Shown piece by piece: positions 1-9,920 of a DNA stretch of 33,944 nucleotides. The translations under genes were made by a program, and so were the position numbers. The stretch is taken from the NCBI GenBank assembly GCA_013205275.1, contig JABMNG010000152.1, forward strand, positions 1 through 33,944, read 5' to 3'. Positions within the stretch are counted from its first letter, which is position 1. Every line of letters starts with the position of its first letter. This DNA comes from Methylophilales bacterium. GTDB lineage: Bacteria > Pseudomonadota > Gammaproteobacteria > Burkholderiales > Methylophilaceae. Below the pieces are notes generated by a model, which had not been told where the DNA came from, did not search any database, and saw nothing but the letters and a program-made list of their open reading frames with translations.

Positions 1-1235
1 AAAATAAAAAATAAAAAATAAATTGCTGTAAATACTCTAGCAACAACCGTTGCAATATCGGCGCCACCAATTAAAGGAAGGACAATATAAAACTGACCCC
101 AGATATTAGATGGGACAGTTCCAAGATATCCTAAGACAACAAAGCTCAGGACAAATGCACTAAGCCATTTTTTATAAAGAGCACCTTTATAACGAATTGA
201 CCTCACCTTACTCTTATCGAGCCAGGGGATAAAAAAGAAAATTAGTACTGATAACCCCATCGCAGCCACACCAGGAAACTGACTATTAAAAAGAGGAGGG
301 ATAGCTCTAAGAATAGAATAAAAAGGAGTGAAATACCAAACTGGAGCAATATGGTCTGGTGTTACTAGTGGATTTGCCGGTACAAAGTTATTGGCTTCCA
401 AGAAATATCCGCCCATTTCAGGAGCAAAAAATATAATCGAAGCAAATACTATAAAGAAAACAGAAAGTCCTATCAAATCCTTAACGGTGTAATAAGGATG
501 AAAGGGAATGCCATCCAATGGAATGCCTGTTTTTTTATCCTTGGTTTCCTTAATTTCAATCCCATCTGGGTTATTAGATCCAACCTCATGAAGGGCAATC
601 AAATGACCAAATATTAAACCCGCCAAAGCTAAAGGTAATGCAATAACATGAAAGGCAAAAAAACGATTGAGTGTTGCATCAGAGACTAAATAATCTCCTC
701 GAACCCACTCAGCTAAATCAGGACCAATAAAAGGTACGGAGGTAAATAAGTTAACTATAACCTGAGCTCCCCAGTATGACATTTGCCCCCACGGCAAGAG
801 ATACCCAAAGAAAGCTTCCGCCATTAATAAAAGAAAAATCAGAACACCAAACAACCATAGAAGCTCTCTTGGTTTCCGATAAGAGCCATACATTAAGCCC
901 CTAAACATATGAAGGTATATAACCACAAAAAATAATGATGCCCCTGTGGAGTGCATATAGCGTATCAACCAACCAAACGATACATCTCTCATAATGTACT
1001 CAACAGAAGCAAAAGCTTCAGCAGCGGAAGGCTTATAATGCATCGTCAAAAAAATACCCGTTAGGATTTGCAGAACGAAAGTAACTAAAGCTAAAGCTCC
1101 AAAAAAGTACCAAAAATTAAAATTTTTCGGTGCGTAGTACTCTGTCAAATGATTTTTTATAAAAGAAGAAAGTGGAAATCTTTCATCTATCCACCCAAGA
1201 ATACCGGTTGAATTAGTGTTTGGTTTTTTTGCCAT
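1..1235 (-). CDS. petB: Cytochrome b of the bc1 complex (3' end runs off the window)
   Basis: Not in the ORF track. Read by hand from ATG at 1235: MAKKPNTNSTGILGWIDERFPLSSFIKNHLTEYYAPKNFNFWYFFG, later RYMHSTGAS (heme ligand) and PANPLVTPDHIAPVWYF (Qo motif, PVWY). Directly follows the Rieske gene. Confidence 0.97.
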   Translation of the reverse strand, partial: MAKKPNTNSTGILGWIDERFPLSSFIKNHLTEYYAPKNFNFWYFFGALALVTFVLQILTGIFLTMHYKPSAAEAFASVEYIMRDVSFGWLIRYMHSTGASLFFVVIYLHMFRGLMYGSYRKPRELLWLFGVLIFLLLMAEAFFGYLLPWGQMSYWGAQVIVNLFTSVPFIGPDLAEWVRGDYLVSDATLNRFFAFHVIALPLALAGLIFGHLIALHEVGSNNPDGIEIKETKDKKTGIPLDGIPFHPYYTVKDLIGLSVFFIVFASIIFFAPEMGGYFLEANNFVPANPLVTPDHIAPVWYFTPFYSILRAIPPLFNSQFPGVAAMGLSVLIFFFIPWLDKSKVRSIRYKGALYKKWLSAFVLSFVVLGYLGTVPSNIWGQFYIVLPLIGGADIATVVARVFTAIYFLFFI

Positions 1236-1236
1236 C

Positions 1237-1836
1237 TTATGCAGCTCCTTCGGCGTCTTCACCAATTAAAATTGTTTGGTCATTTATATATTTATGAGGA
1301 GGGACTACTAAATTAGTAGGTGCGGGCGAACCTTTAAAAACGCGACCTGCTAAATCAAATTTAGACCCGTGGCAGGGGCAGAAAAAACCACCTTCCCATT
1401 GACTACCCATATCACCCTTTGGTGCAAGCTTTGGTGAAGGGGAGCAACCTAAGTGAGTACAAATTCCAACCATAACAAGCAAATTCGATTTAATAGATCG
1501 TGTTTTATTTTGGCAATATTTAGGCTGCTGAGATAACACCTTTAAATCAGGGTCCGCTAATTCACTTTTATTATCTAATTTTTTGATCATTTCATCAGAG
1601 CGATTTAAAATCCATACCGGCTGACCACGCCATTCGGAGACTTTAATTTCTCCTGTCTGAATGCTTGAAATATTAACTTCCACAGCAGCGCCAGCAGCTT
1701 TTGCTTTTTCACTCGGGAGCATGCTAGAAACAAAGGGTATGCCAATAGCTGAAACACCAATTGCGCCAGTTAATGAGGTTGCGGTTAATAAAAATTTTCT
1801 TCGCTTAAGATCAATTTTTTTACTATCTTCAGTCAT
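1237..1836 (-). CDS. petA: Rieske iron-sulfur subunit of ubiquinol-cytochrome c reductase
   Basis: CTHLGC and CPCHGS Rieske boxes; N-terminal twin-arginine RRKFL followed by a hydrophobic anchor. Confidence 0.98.
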   Translation of the reverse strand: MTEDSKKIDLKRRKFLLTATSLTGAIGVSAIGIPFVSSMLPSEKAKAAGAAVEVNISSIQTGEIKVSEWRGQPVWILNRSDEMIKKLDNKSELADPDLKVLSQQPKYCQNKTRSIKSNLLVMVGICTHLGCSPSPKLAPKGDMGSQWEGGFFCPCHGSKFDLAGRVFKGSPAPTNLVVPPHKYINDQTILIGEDAEGAA

Positions 1837-1900
1837 GAAAAATCCAATTAATTAGTATAGAGAAATGAAATATTACAAATAGAGATAATTTAATGTCGGC

Positions 1901-1906
1901 ATTATA
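1901..1906 (-). promoter_or_regulatory. Candidate sigma70 -10 element for petAB
   Basis: Perfect TATAAT on the minus strand in the 101-bp tatC-petA gap; no convincing -35 seen. Confidence 0.35.
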
Positions 1907-1937
1907 CAAAATTAGTCACAAAACTAACAGTAATAAA

Positions 1938-2654
1938 CTAATCAATTGAAATTTTTCTTGAGAAGAATATTCCCAATTCAAACAAAAGTATCATGGGCGC
2001 AGCTAAAAGTATCTGTGATATTACGTCTGGTGGGGTAAGAATTGCACCTAATACAAAAGATATAACAATTAGGTAGGGCCTATTTTTTTCTACTGTTTTG
2101 AGCTGAACCCATCTAAATTTAACTAGCGTTACTAGAATGATTGGAATTTGAAATGCGAAGCCAAATGCAAGAAATAGTCCAATAATCATTTCCAGGTAGC
2201 TCGATATATCCACCATAAGACCTACATCAACTGGCGTCATGGAAATAAAAAAATTAAAAATAATCGGAAATACAAGGATATAGACAAATACAACGCCCAA
2301 AATAAATAGAACATAACCAATCACTAAAGTCCAAAATATAAAAAATTTTTCTTTACTGTAAAGTCCTGGTGCAACAAATAACCATATCTGCCAAAAAATA
2401 AGCGGGAGTGAAATTATGAATGCACAAAATAATGTAATTTTAAGTGGGACAATAAAAGTCGCTGTTAATTTGGTACTAATAATTGAGGCATTCTGAGATT
2501 GCATTTGGATTAGAAGTGGCTTAGCGAAAAAATGATATATTTCATTTGCATATGGAGCCATCAATAAAAAAACTCCAATGAAAATCAAGAAAGACTTTAT
2601 TAGGGCCCACCTCAGCTCTTTAAGGTGCTGGAAAATTGCTTGAGGGACGTTCAA
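1938..2654 (-). CDS. tatC: Twin-arginine translocase subunit TatC
   Basis: HLKELR, APGLYSKEK, TPPD motifs and multiple TM segments; TTG start overlaps the tatB TGA stop. Confidence 0.96.
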   Translation of the reverse strand: MNVPQAIFQHLKELRWALIKSFLIFIGVFLLMAPYANEIYHFFAKPLLIQMQSQNASIISTKLTATFIVPLKITLFCAFIISLPLIFWQIWLFVAPGLYSKEKFFIFWTLVIGYVLFILGVVFVYILVFPIIFNFFISMTPVDVGLMVDISSYLEMIIGLFLAFGFAFQIPIILVTLVKFRWVQLKTVEKNRPYLIVISFVLGAILTPPDVISQILLAAPMILLFELGIFFSRKISID

Positions 2655-2872
2655 GGCTTGATCGATCTCTTTTTTATTTCTTTTTGTATTCTTTTAAGCT
2701 CCTTAAACTTATCCTCTCTTTCGATCTCTTCTTTAATATCAGCCATAAAATTTGTGGCCTTTTGTAACATCCTCCCTGCAGCCCTTGCGATTGCAGGAAT
2801 ATTTTTTGGTGAAACAAATATTATTAATACAAATATAACCACTAATAATTCTGAAAAAGAAATATCAAACAT
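2651..2872 (-). CDS. tatB: Twin-arginine translocase subunit TatB (short)
   Basis: MFDISFSELL N-terminus, one TM helix then an amphipathic helix; located between tatA and tatC. Confidence 0.9.
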   Translation of the reverse strand: MFDISFSELLVVIFVLIIFVSPKNIPAIARAAGRMLQKATNFMADIKEEIEREDKFKELKRIQKEIKKRSIKP

Positions 2873-2876
2873 TAAA

Positions 2877-3038
2877 TTATTTTTTCCTAGAAACTTTCTT
2901 TTTTTCTTTTTGTTGCATTCCTTCCTTAAAGTTTCTTACTGCTGAGCCCAAATCACTACCAATATTTCTGAGTTTTCCAGCGCCGAAAATAACTATGGCT
3001 ACTAATAATATTACTAATAACTCTTTAATTCCTGGCAT
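2877..3038 (-). CDS. tatA: Twin-arginine translocase subunit TatA (53 aa)
   Basis: Not in the ORF track. Hand translation MPGIKELLVILLVAIVIFGAGKLRNIGSDLGSAVRNFKEGMQQKEKKKVSRKK* shows the FG hinge, KL..G.DLG and FK motifs; GGGAG SD upstream. Confidence 0.95.
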   Translation of the reverse strand: MPGIKELLVILLVAIVIFGAGKLRNIGSDLGSAVRNFKEGMQQKEKKKVSRKK

Positions 3039-3051
3039 TTTTCTCTCCCGT

Positions 3052-3387
3052 TTAAATTTTCGCTAATTTTTCACTGCCGCCATATACATGAATGTGTATA
3101 TGGAATACCTCTTGCCCACCTTCGGCGCCAGAGTTTATCATTGTTCTAAATCCCCTTAAGCCATGTTGGTGGGCAAGATTTTTTCCCAACAACAACATTT
3201 TTCCTAACATTTCCAGGTTGGTTTCATCACACTCCAGAAGACTTTCAATGTGTGTCTTGGGGATAATTAAAAAATGAACTTTATCTATTGGTTTAATATC
3301 ATTAAAGACTAAGAACTCTTCATCCTCATAAATAATTTTTGCGGGGATATCTTTTTTTACAATTTTGCAGAAAATACAATCAGTCAT
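3052..3387 (-). CDS. Histidine triad (HIT) nucleotide-binding protein, HinT-like
   Basis: DCIFCKI N-terminus and HIHIH triad; usual position between hisE and tatA. Confidence 0.95.
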   Translation of the reverse strand: MTDCIFCKIVKKDIPAKIIYEDEEFLVFNDIKPIDKVHFLIIPKTHIESLLECDETNLEMLGKMLLLGKNLAHQHGLRGFRTMINSGAEGGQEVFHIHIHVYGGSEKLAKI

Positions 3388-3391
3388 AACT

Positions 3392-3712
3392 TTATTTAAT
3401 TTTCCGACTATTTTTCTCTTCGATACCAGAGGTTCCTGATCGTCTTTTTAACTCTCTAATAATATGCTCCACCTTTAAATTTTTTTCTGATAGCAATATT
3501 AAGCAGTGAAACCAAAGATCTGCAATTTCATAGACTAAATCTTCATTATCATCAGATTTTGCGGCAATAATAATCTCAGTAGACTCTTCGCCAATTTTTT
3601 TAAGGATCTCATTCAGTCCCTTTGAATGAAGAAGGGCGGTATATGAGGTGGTTGGGTCATTATTTTTTTTAGTTTTAATTAAATCTAATAGCTCTTCTAA
3701 ATAATTGTCCAT
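3392..3712 (-). CDS. hisE: Phosphoribosyl-ATP pyrophosphatase
   Basis: SYTA.L, KKIGEESTE, EIADLWFH motifs; his cluster. Confidence 0.96.
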   Translation of the reverse strand: MDNYLEELLDLIKTKKNNDPTTSYTALLHSKGLNEILKKIGEESTEIIIAAKSDDNEDLVYEIADLWFHCLILLSEKNLKVEHIIRELKRRSGTSGIEEKNSRKIK

Positions 3713-4110
3713 TATTTTTTATCCTTATAGATTTCATTTGGATCTTTAATCACCGGCTCTATTTCGATTAACATGCCGGTATTCATTTCAAGGTTATTAT
3801 AGAAACAAGACTCCCTTCCGGTATGACATGCAATGCCGCCTTCTTGCCTTACTTTAAGCAATATAGAATCTTGATCACAATCTAATGCTATTGAATCTAT
3901 GTATTGAATGTGCCCAGACTCCTCACCCTTCATCCAAACTTTTTTCCTTGATCGTGACCAATAAATTGCTTTTCTTTCCTGAATCGATCGCTCTAAGGTC
4001 TCTCGGTTCATCCACGCAAACATAATGACTTTATTTGTAGCTGTTTCCTGAACGATCACAGGCACCAATCCCTCGTTATTCCATTTAATAGTATCCAAAT
4101 ATGATCTCAT
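3712..4110 (-). CDS. hisI: Phosphoribosyl-AMP cyclohydrolase
   Basis: SRSR..W.KGEESG, DCDQD, ACHTG..SCF motifs. Confidence 0.97.
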   Translation of the reverse strand: MRSYLDTIKWNNEGLVPVIVQETATNKVIMFAWMNRETLERSIQERKAIYWSRSRKKVWMKGEESGHIQYIDSIALDCDQDSILLKVRQEGGIACHTGRESCFYNNLEMNTGMLIEIEPVIKDPNEIYKDKK

Positions 4111-4865
4111 AATCTTATTTCCACATTATTATTGTGCATAAATTCTTTTGCTTCATGGATCGTATATTCTCCATAATGAAAGATACTTGCTGCTAATACA
4201 GCATCAGCTCCACCTAACAAAACTCCATCAACTAGATGCTGGAGATTACCAACTCCCCCAGAAGCTATAATTGGTACTTCAACAGCATCAGAAATAAGCT
4301 TAGTTAAGGCAACATCAAAGCCTTGTTTTGTCCCATCTCTATCCATACTTGTTATTAGTAATTCACCGGCGCCTAAATCAACCATTCTTTTTGCCCATTC
4401 TACCGCATCTAATCCAGTAGATTTTCTACCACCATGAGTGAATACTTCCCATTGATTACCTACCTTTTTTGCATCAATAGCCACTACAATACATTGCGAT
4501 CCAAAGCGACTTGACACCTCAGCAACTAATTCTGGATTAATAATCGCCGAAGTATTGATGCTAATCTTATCCGCACCTGCATTCAATAAACGCCTAACAT
4601 CATCAGGAGATCGAACGCCCCCTCCTACAGTCAAAGGAATAAATATTTGCTTTGCAACTGACTCAATAATATCTAAAATTAAATCGCGGTTATCTGAGCT
4701 TGCAGTAATATCTAAGAAGGTTATTTCGTCTGCACCCTCTTCATTGTATTTTTTTGCAATCTCGACTGGATCACCGGCATCCTGAAGGTCTATAAAATTA
4801 ATCCCTTTAACAACCCTTCCGGCATTAACATCTAGGCATGGAATTATTCTTTTTGCTAATCCCAT
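4107..4865 (-). CDS. hisF: Imidazole glycerol phosphate synthase cyclase subunit
   Basis: [36 protein letters not shown]. Confidence 0.98.
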   Translation of the reverse strand: MGLAKRIIPCLDVNAGRVVKGINFIDLQDAGDPVEIAKKYNEEGADEITFLDITASSDNRDLILDIIESVAKQIFIPLTVGGGVRSPDDVRRLLNAGADKISINTSAIINPELVAEVSSRFGSQCIVVAIDAKKVGNQWEVFTHGGRKSTGLDAVEWAKRMVDLGAGELLITSMDRDGTKQGFDVALTKLISDAVEVPIIASGGVGNLQHLVDGVLLGGADAVLAASIFHYGEYTIHEAKEFMHNNNVEIRL

Positions 4866-5608
4866 TATGAGCCAGTCAGGCGGTCAGATAGTTCTTGCGC
4901 AGCTCTAAAATCAAGTGTGCCTTCATAAATTGCCCTTCCTGTTATTACCCCTCTGATACCTATATTTGAGACTGCACACAGATCCTCAATATCTTTTAGG
5001 TTTGAAACTCCTCCACTAGCAACCACAGGAATTGATAGAGATTCAGATAATTTAACGGTCGCGTCAATATTAACCCCCCCGAGCATCCCGTCACGCCCAA
5101 TATCAGTGTATATAACTGATTCAACCCCATACCCTTCAAATTTTTGGGCGAGCTCAATTACATTGTGTCCGGTCAATTTTGCCCACCCATTAATTGCAAC
5201 ATCTCCGTCTTTAGCATCAAGCCCTACGATAATTTGGCCTGGAAATGCGTAGCAAGCTTCGTGTAAAAAACCAGGATGAGTTACAGCTGCTGTTCCAATA
5301 ATAATAGAATCAACACCACTATTTAAAAAGCTCTCTACGGTATCTAAATTTCGAATTCCTCCGCCTAATTGAATGGGTATTTGTTTCCCAAGCTCACTTA
5401 CAATTGATTTAATGGCGCGCTCATTGATGGGTTTTCCCGCAAAAGCACCATCCAAATCAACTAAATGGAGTCTTCTAGCTCCCTGTTCAACCCAGTGCCT
5501 TGCCATCTCTGCAGGATTATCAGAAAAAATAGTCGATTCATCCATTCGGCCTTGCTTGAGCCGAACACACTTCCCATCTTTGAGGTCTATAGCAGGAATA
5601 ATTAACAT
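4865..5608 (-). CDS. hisA: ProFAR isomerase
   Basis: [35 protein letters not shown]. Confidence 0.98.
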   Translation of the reverse strand: MLIIPAIDLKDGKCVRLKQGRMDESTIFSDNPAEMARHWVEQGARRLHLVDLDGAFAGKPINERAIKSIVSELGKQIPIQLGGGIRNLDTVESFLNSGVDSIIIGTAAVTHPGFLHEACYAFPGQIIVGLDAKDGDVAINGWAKLTGHNVIELAQKFEGYGVESVIYTDIGRDGMLGGVNIDATVKLSESLSIPVVASGGVSNLKDIEDLCAVSNIGIRGVITGRAIYEGTLDFRAAQELSDRLTGS

Positions 5609-5618
5609 AATTTAAAGG

Positions 5619-6230
5619 TTAAACCGTCCATGAAATAAAGTTTTTAAGTAATTGTAACCCTGGTTCAGCACTTTTTTCTGGATGAAATTGCACTGCAAAA
5701 ATATTTTTATAAGCAACAGCTGCGGTAAATTTATCGCCATAATTTGCTGTGCCAGTTTTTATAGATGAGTCTTCTTCTTCTACATAGTAACTATGTACAA
5801 AATAAAATCTCTCTGCTGAACCGATATTTTCCCATATTGGGTGCACTGTCTCTTGATAGACTTCATTCCATCCCATATGAGGTATCTTGATGTTATTGAA
5901 TGACTTAAAGCGTTTAACATTACCCCGAAAAATTCCAAGGCCTTGTACATCCCCCTCTTCACTTTCATCAAATAACATTTGAAGCCCTATGCAAATTCCC
6001 AGAAATGGTTTGCTCGTTGCTGAATCTTTAACAATCTCTCTAAGTCCTCTTTTTTCGAGCTCTCGAATGCAATCTGGCATTGCCCCCTGGCCCGGAAAAA
6101 CTATTCGATCTGCTTTTGATATTATTGCGGGGTCACTTGTAACTACAGATTCTATTTGCGGGGCTATAAATTTAAATGCGTTGTGGACTGATCTGAGGTT
6201 GCCCATTCCGTAATCGATAATTGCAATCAT
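5619..6230 (-). CDS. hisH: Imidazole glycerol phosphate synthase glutaminase subunit
   Basis: IDYGMGNLRS, GICIGLQ (catalytic Cys), YFVHSY, QFHPEKS. Confidence 0.98.
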   Translation of the reverse strand: MIAIIDYGMGNLRSVHNAFKFIAPQIESVVTSDPAIISKADRIVFPGQGAMPDCIRELEKRGLREIVKDSATSKPFLGICIGLQMLFDESEEGDVQGLGIFRGNVKRFKSFNNIKIPHMGWNEVYQETVHPIWENIGSAERFYFVHSYYVEEEDSSIKTGTANYGDKFTAAVAYKNIFAVQFHPEKSAEPGLQLLKNFISWTV

Positions 6231-6251
6231 AAATTGATTTAATAAGTTAGA

Positions 6252-6842
6252 TTAAAGCGAGCCTTTAGTTGATGGGGTTACACCCTTGATCTTTTCATCA
6301 AGCTCAACTGCAACTCTTAATGCTCTACCAAACGCCTTAAAGATTGTTTCTGCTTGATGGTGTGCATTCTCACCCTTTAAATTATCGATATGCAATGTTA
6401 CATTTGCATGATTAACAAATCCTTGAAAGAACTCATAAATAAGATCAACGTCAAAATCACCAATTCTTGCTCTTGTAAACTCAGTATTAAACTCAAGTCC
6501 AGGCCTTCCAGAAATGTCGAGAACGACCCTTGATAGGGCCTCATCAAGAGGAACATAAGCATGTCCATATCGACGAATACCCGACCTATCGCCCATTGCC
6601 TTCATAAAGGCTTGTCCAATGGTAATACCAATATCCTCAACGGTATGATGTGCATCAATATGCAAATCGCCTTCAGCTTTTATTATGAGGTCGAACAATC
6701 CATGCCGAGAAATTTGTTCCAACATATGATCTAAAAAACCAATGCCTGAATTTAAATCAGATTTGCCTGAGCCATCTATATTAATTTCAACAGAAATATT
6801 GGTTTCTAGTGTTTTTCTTGTTACTTTAGCTATACGTGTCAT
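6252..6842 (-). CDS. hisB: Imidazoleglycerol-phosphate dehydratase (monofunctional)
   Basis: DAHHTVED and NAHHQAE metal motifs, PSTKGSL terminus; no N-terminal HAD phosphatase domain. Confidence 0.98.
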   Translation of the reverse strand: MTRIAKVTRKTLETNISVEINIDGSGKSDLNSGIGFLDHMLEQISRHGLFDLIIKAEGDLHIDAHHTVEDIGITIGQAFMKAMGDRSGIRRYGHAYVPLDEALSRVVLDISGRPGLEFNTEFTRARIGDFDVDLIYEFFQGFVNHANVTLHIDNLKGENAHHQAETIFKAFGRALRVAVELDEKIKGVTPSTKGSL

Positions 6843-6849
6843 AAATATA

Positions 6850-6858
6850 ATTTTAGCA
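6850..6858 (-). promoter_or_regulatory. Candidate extended -10 promoter (TG-C-TAAAAT) for hisB
   Basis: Minus strand reads CATGCTAAAAT-TATATTT-ATG; lies in a 63-bp gap in an otherwise abutting his cluster; no SD. Confidence 0.5.
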
Positions 6859-6905
6859 TGAGTTTAAAATTAGGCGCTATGAATAACAAAGGTTCCATAT
6901 GTTTA

Positions 6906-7973
6906 TTATATATAGCCTACGATTTCTTTTAGTAGAAATACAAGTTTTCTCATCTGTTGCATGCTGCCAATTGTAATTCTTAAATATTGCGAAATCCTCT
7001 CAGGATTCTTGAAGTGTCTCACCAAGACGCCTTGACTCCTTAATTTACTGAAAATAGTAATTGCATCAAAAACTCTATGCTTAGTGAAAATAAAATTGGC
7101 GCCTGACGGCAGAGTATCGAACCCTATCTCAGATAACTCTTTTTCAAGGAATGTCCGTGCTTTAATTATAGATCTGCATGTTTCGTTGAAATAAGTAATG
7201 TCTTCTATTGCGGCGACGCCTGCTATTTGTGCAAGCCTGTCAATTGGGTATGAGTTAAAGCTATTTTTAATACGGGTCAATGCTTCTATTAGCTCTTCAC
7301 TTGCTATAGCAAAACCTATGCGCATTCCAGCAAGTGACCGTGATTTTGAGAATGACTGAGTTACAATTAAGTTGTCATATTGATTTATTAAATTAACCGA
7401 TGACTCTGTTCCAAAATCGACATATGCCTCATCAATAACAACAACACTTTCTTGATTTAACTTTAAAATTGTTTCTATGTCCTTAAGGTTTTTTGGTATC
7501 CCGGTTGGAGCATTTGGGTTAGGAAAAATTATTCCTCCGTTCTGGGCAATATAATCATCTGATCTAATATTAAATTCATCGTCTAATGGAATAGTTTTAT
7601 ATTCAATTCCATATAACCTGGAATAAACTGGATAAAAACTGTAAGTAATATCTGGAAATAATATAGGTAAATCTTTTTTAAAGAATGCTTGAAAGATAAA
7701 TGCTAGAACCTCATCTGAACCATTTCCTATGAATATTGAATTCTTTGAAATTTTATAATAACTGGCTAAGGTAGATTTTAATGCGTCGCTTTCTGGATCC
7801 GGGTAAAGCCTTAACTGATCATTGTTTGCTGCCGCAATTGATTCAATAACTTTTTGGCTGGGCCCGTAAGGGTTTTCATTGGTATTAAGCTTGATTAATA
7901 AATGCTCTTTAGGCTGTTCCCCTGGAACGTATGGGGTTAAATTATGAACAACATCAGTCCAATACTTACTCAT
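6906..7973 (-). CDS. hisC: Histidinol-phosphate aminotransferase
   Basis: KLNTNENPY, GNGSDE, NPNAPTG, DEAY, SFSKSRSLAGMRIG (PLP lysine). Confidence 0.97.
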   Translation of the reverse strand: MSKYWTDVVHNLTPYVPGEQPKEHLLIKLNTNENPYGPSQKVIESIAAANNDQLRLYPDPESDALKSTLASYYKISKNSIFIGNGSDEVLAFIFQAFFKKDLPILFPDITYSFYPVYSRLYGIEYKTIPLDDEFNIRSDDYIAQNGGIIFPNPNAPTGIPKNLKDIETILKLNQESVVVIDEAYVDFGTESSVNLINQYDNLIVTQSFSKSRSLAGMRIGFAIASEELIEALTRIKNSFNSYPIDRLAQIAGVAAIEDITYFNETCRSIIKARTFLEKELSEIGFDTLPSGANFIFTKHRVFDAITIFSKLRSQGVLVRHFKNPERISQYLRITIGSMQQMRKLVFLLKEIVGYI

Positions 7974-9277
7974 TATTTATTTTTAATCACTCTATATTTG
8001 GCTGCCTCAGCGTGCGCTTGTAGCCCCTCCCCATTAGCAAGGACGGATGCAACAATACCCAATTCACTAGCTGATTCTGCTGTTAAGAATATTAAACTTG
8101 ATCGTTTTTGAAAATCGTAGACACCAAGTGGGGATGAAAATCTTGCTGTTCTTGATGTGGGCAATACATGATTAGGGCCGGCACAATAATCTCCGACAGC
8201 CTCACAGGTGTTTCTGCCCATAAAAATAGCACCTGCATGGTTTATTTTAGTAACTAAGTTCTCAGGGTCATCTACCGACAACTCTAAATGCTCGGGGGCT
8301 ATAAAATTAGATATATTTGCAGCATCCTCTAAGTCTTTAGCTAGGATAAAAATACCCCTGCTTTCAAGGGAAGTTACTATTACACTTTTTCTGCTCATCT
8401 CTTTAATTAATATTTTCATACTATTTAGAACTTGATCGAAAAAAATCTCATCAGTTGATATTAAGATAGATTGTGCCATCTCGTCATGCTCAGCCTGTGA
8501 AAATAAGTCCATCGCAATCCAGTCGGGGTCAGTCTTACCGTCACAGATAATGAGTATTTCTGATGGGCCCGCAATCATATCAATACCAACGACACCAAAA
8601 ACCTTTCTTTTTGCTTCTGCAACATACGCATTACCTGGGCCAACAATTTTATCAACCTGAGGAATTGTTTCAGTACCATAGGCTAATGCCGCAATTGCTT
8701 GAGCGCCACCAATTGTAAAGACTCTATCTACTCCTGCTAATTTTGCTGCAGCTAATACTAAATCATTTTTTTCGCCGTTAGGTGTTGGGACCACCATCAC
8801 CAACTCTTTAACGCCGGCAACCTTTGCAGGTATAGCATTCATTAATACCGATGATGGGTATGCTGCTTTACCTCCAGGAACATATAAACCAACTATATCT
8901 ATAGCGGTTATTTTTTGCCCATAGGTTGATCCTTGTTTGTCCTTATATGACCATGACTCTATTTTTTGTTTTTCATGATACTCCCGGATTCTTCGAGCAG
9001 AAATTTCTAAACATGATCTTGTTTCGCTGGGAATCCTATTTAATGCTTCTTGAAGATCATTTTGACTAACCTCTAAATCAACAACATGCTTAGCCGCCAA
9101 CCGATCAAATTTATTTGAATAATCTAATAAAGCTTTGTCTCCGAATTTCCTTACATCGTTTACTATGCGTTGAGTGGTTTCAATAATCTCAATATTATCA
9201 ATATCATCAAACGATAATAAAGATTTTAGTTCTGAGTAGAAATCAATACTAGAGGATTTTAGTTTTTTAATATTCAC
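7973..9277 (-). CDS. hisD: Histidinol dehydrogenase
   Basis: [40 protein letters not shown]; GTG start. Confidence 0.98.
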   Translation of the reverse strand: MNIKKLKSSSIDFYSELKSLLSFDDIDNIEIIETTQRIVNDVRKFGDKALLDYSNKFDRLAAKHVVDLEVSQNDLQEALNRIPSETRSCLEISARRIREYHEKQKIESWSYKDKQGSTYGQKITAIDIVGLYVPGGKAAYPSSVLMNAIPAKVAGVKELVMVVPTPNGEKNDLVLAAAKLAGVDRVFTIGGAQAIAALAYGTETIPQVDKIVGPGNAYVAEAKRKVFGVVGIDMIAGPSEILIICDGKTDPDWIAMDLFSQAEHDEMAQSILISTDEIFFDQVLNSMKILIKEMSRKSVIVTSLESRGIFILAKDLEDAANISNFIAPEHLELSVDDPENLVTKINHAGAIFMGRNTCEAVGDYCAGPNHVLPTSRTARFSSPLGVYDFQKRSSLIFLTAESASELGIVASVLANGEGLQAHAEAAKYRVIKNK

Positions 9278-9281
9278 AAAT

Positions 9282-9920
9282 TTATTTTGATATAGCGTCT
9301 GAAAATTTTTGAATTAGTGGTTGCAGAATTTCTCTGTTAATTTTTAGCGAGGCTTTATTAACGATTAGTCTTGAACTGATATTGCTAATTTCTTCAGTAG
9401 CCACTAGGTTATTTGCTTCCAATGTCTTACCTGTGCTTACTAAATCTACGATTACATCAGATAATCCCACAATTGGAGCTAATTCCATTGAGCCATATAA
9501 TTTAATCAGGTCTATATGAATACCTTTTTTTCCAAAAAATTCTCTTGCTGCTTTAGGGTACTTTGTTGCGACTCGAAGATGAGCCCTTTTAGCAACAATC
9601 TCCCTATAATTAAAGTCTTTTTTTGCGGCTACCATCATTTTACATCTTCCAATATTCAGATCCAGAGGTTGGTATAATTCTGTACCATCATACTCATCTA
9701 ATATATCTTTCCCCGCTATACCAATATCAGCACCGCCCCACTCCACATAAGTTGGCACATCAGACGCTCTAACAATAATTAATTGAATGTCTTTTTGATT
9801 GGTTTCAAAAACTAACTTTCTAGACTCATCAGGGTCATCCTTACAAAAAATTCCTGCCGCATTCAACATTGGCATTGTTTCGGTAAAGATCCTTCCTTTT
9901 GACAGAGCAATCGTAATCAT
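9282..9920 (-). CDS. hisG: ATP phosphoribosyltransferase, short form
   Basis: [30 protein letters not shown]; 212 aa, lacking the C-terminal regulatory domain. Confidence 0.97.
   Translation of the reverse strand: MITIALSKGRIFTETMPMLNAAGIFCKDDPDESRKLVFETNQKDIQLIIVRASDVPTYVEWGGADIGIAGKDILDEYDGTELYQPLDLNIGRCKMMVAAKKDFNYREIVAKRAHLRVATKYPKAAREFFGKKGIHIDLIKLYGSMELAPIVGLSDVIVDLVSTGKTLEANNLVATEEISNISSRLIVNKASLKINREILQPLIQKFSDAISK

Noticed and set aside
280-380. PVWY instead of PEWY in cytochrome b
   Set aside because: This is the known normal variant in Beta- and Gammaproteobacteria; useful for taxonomy only.
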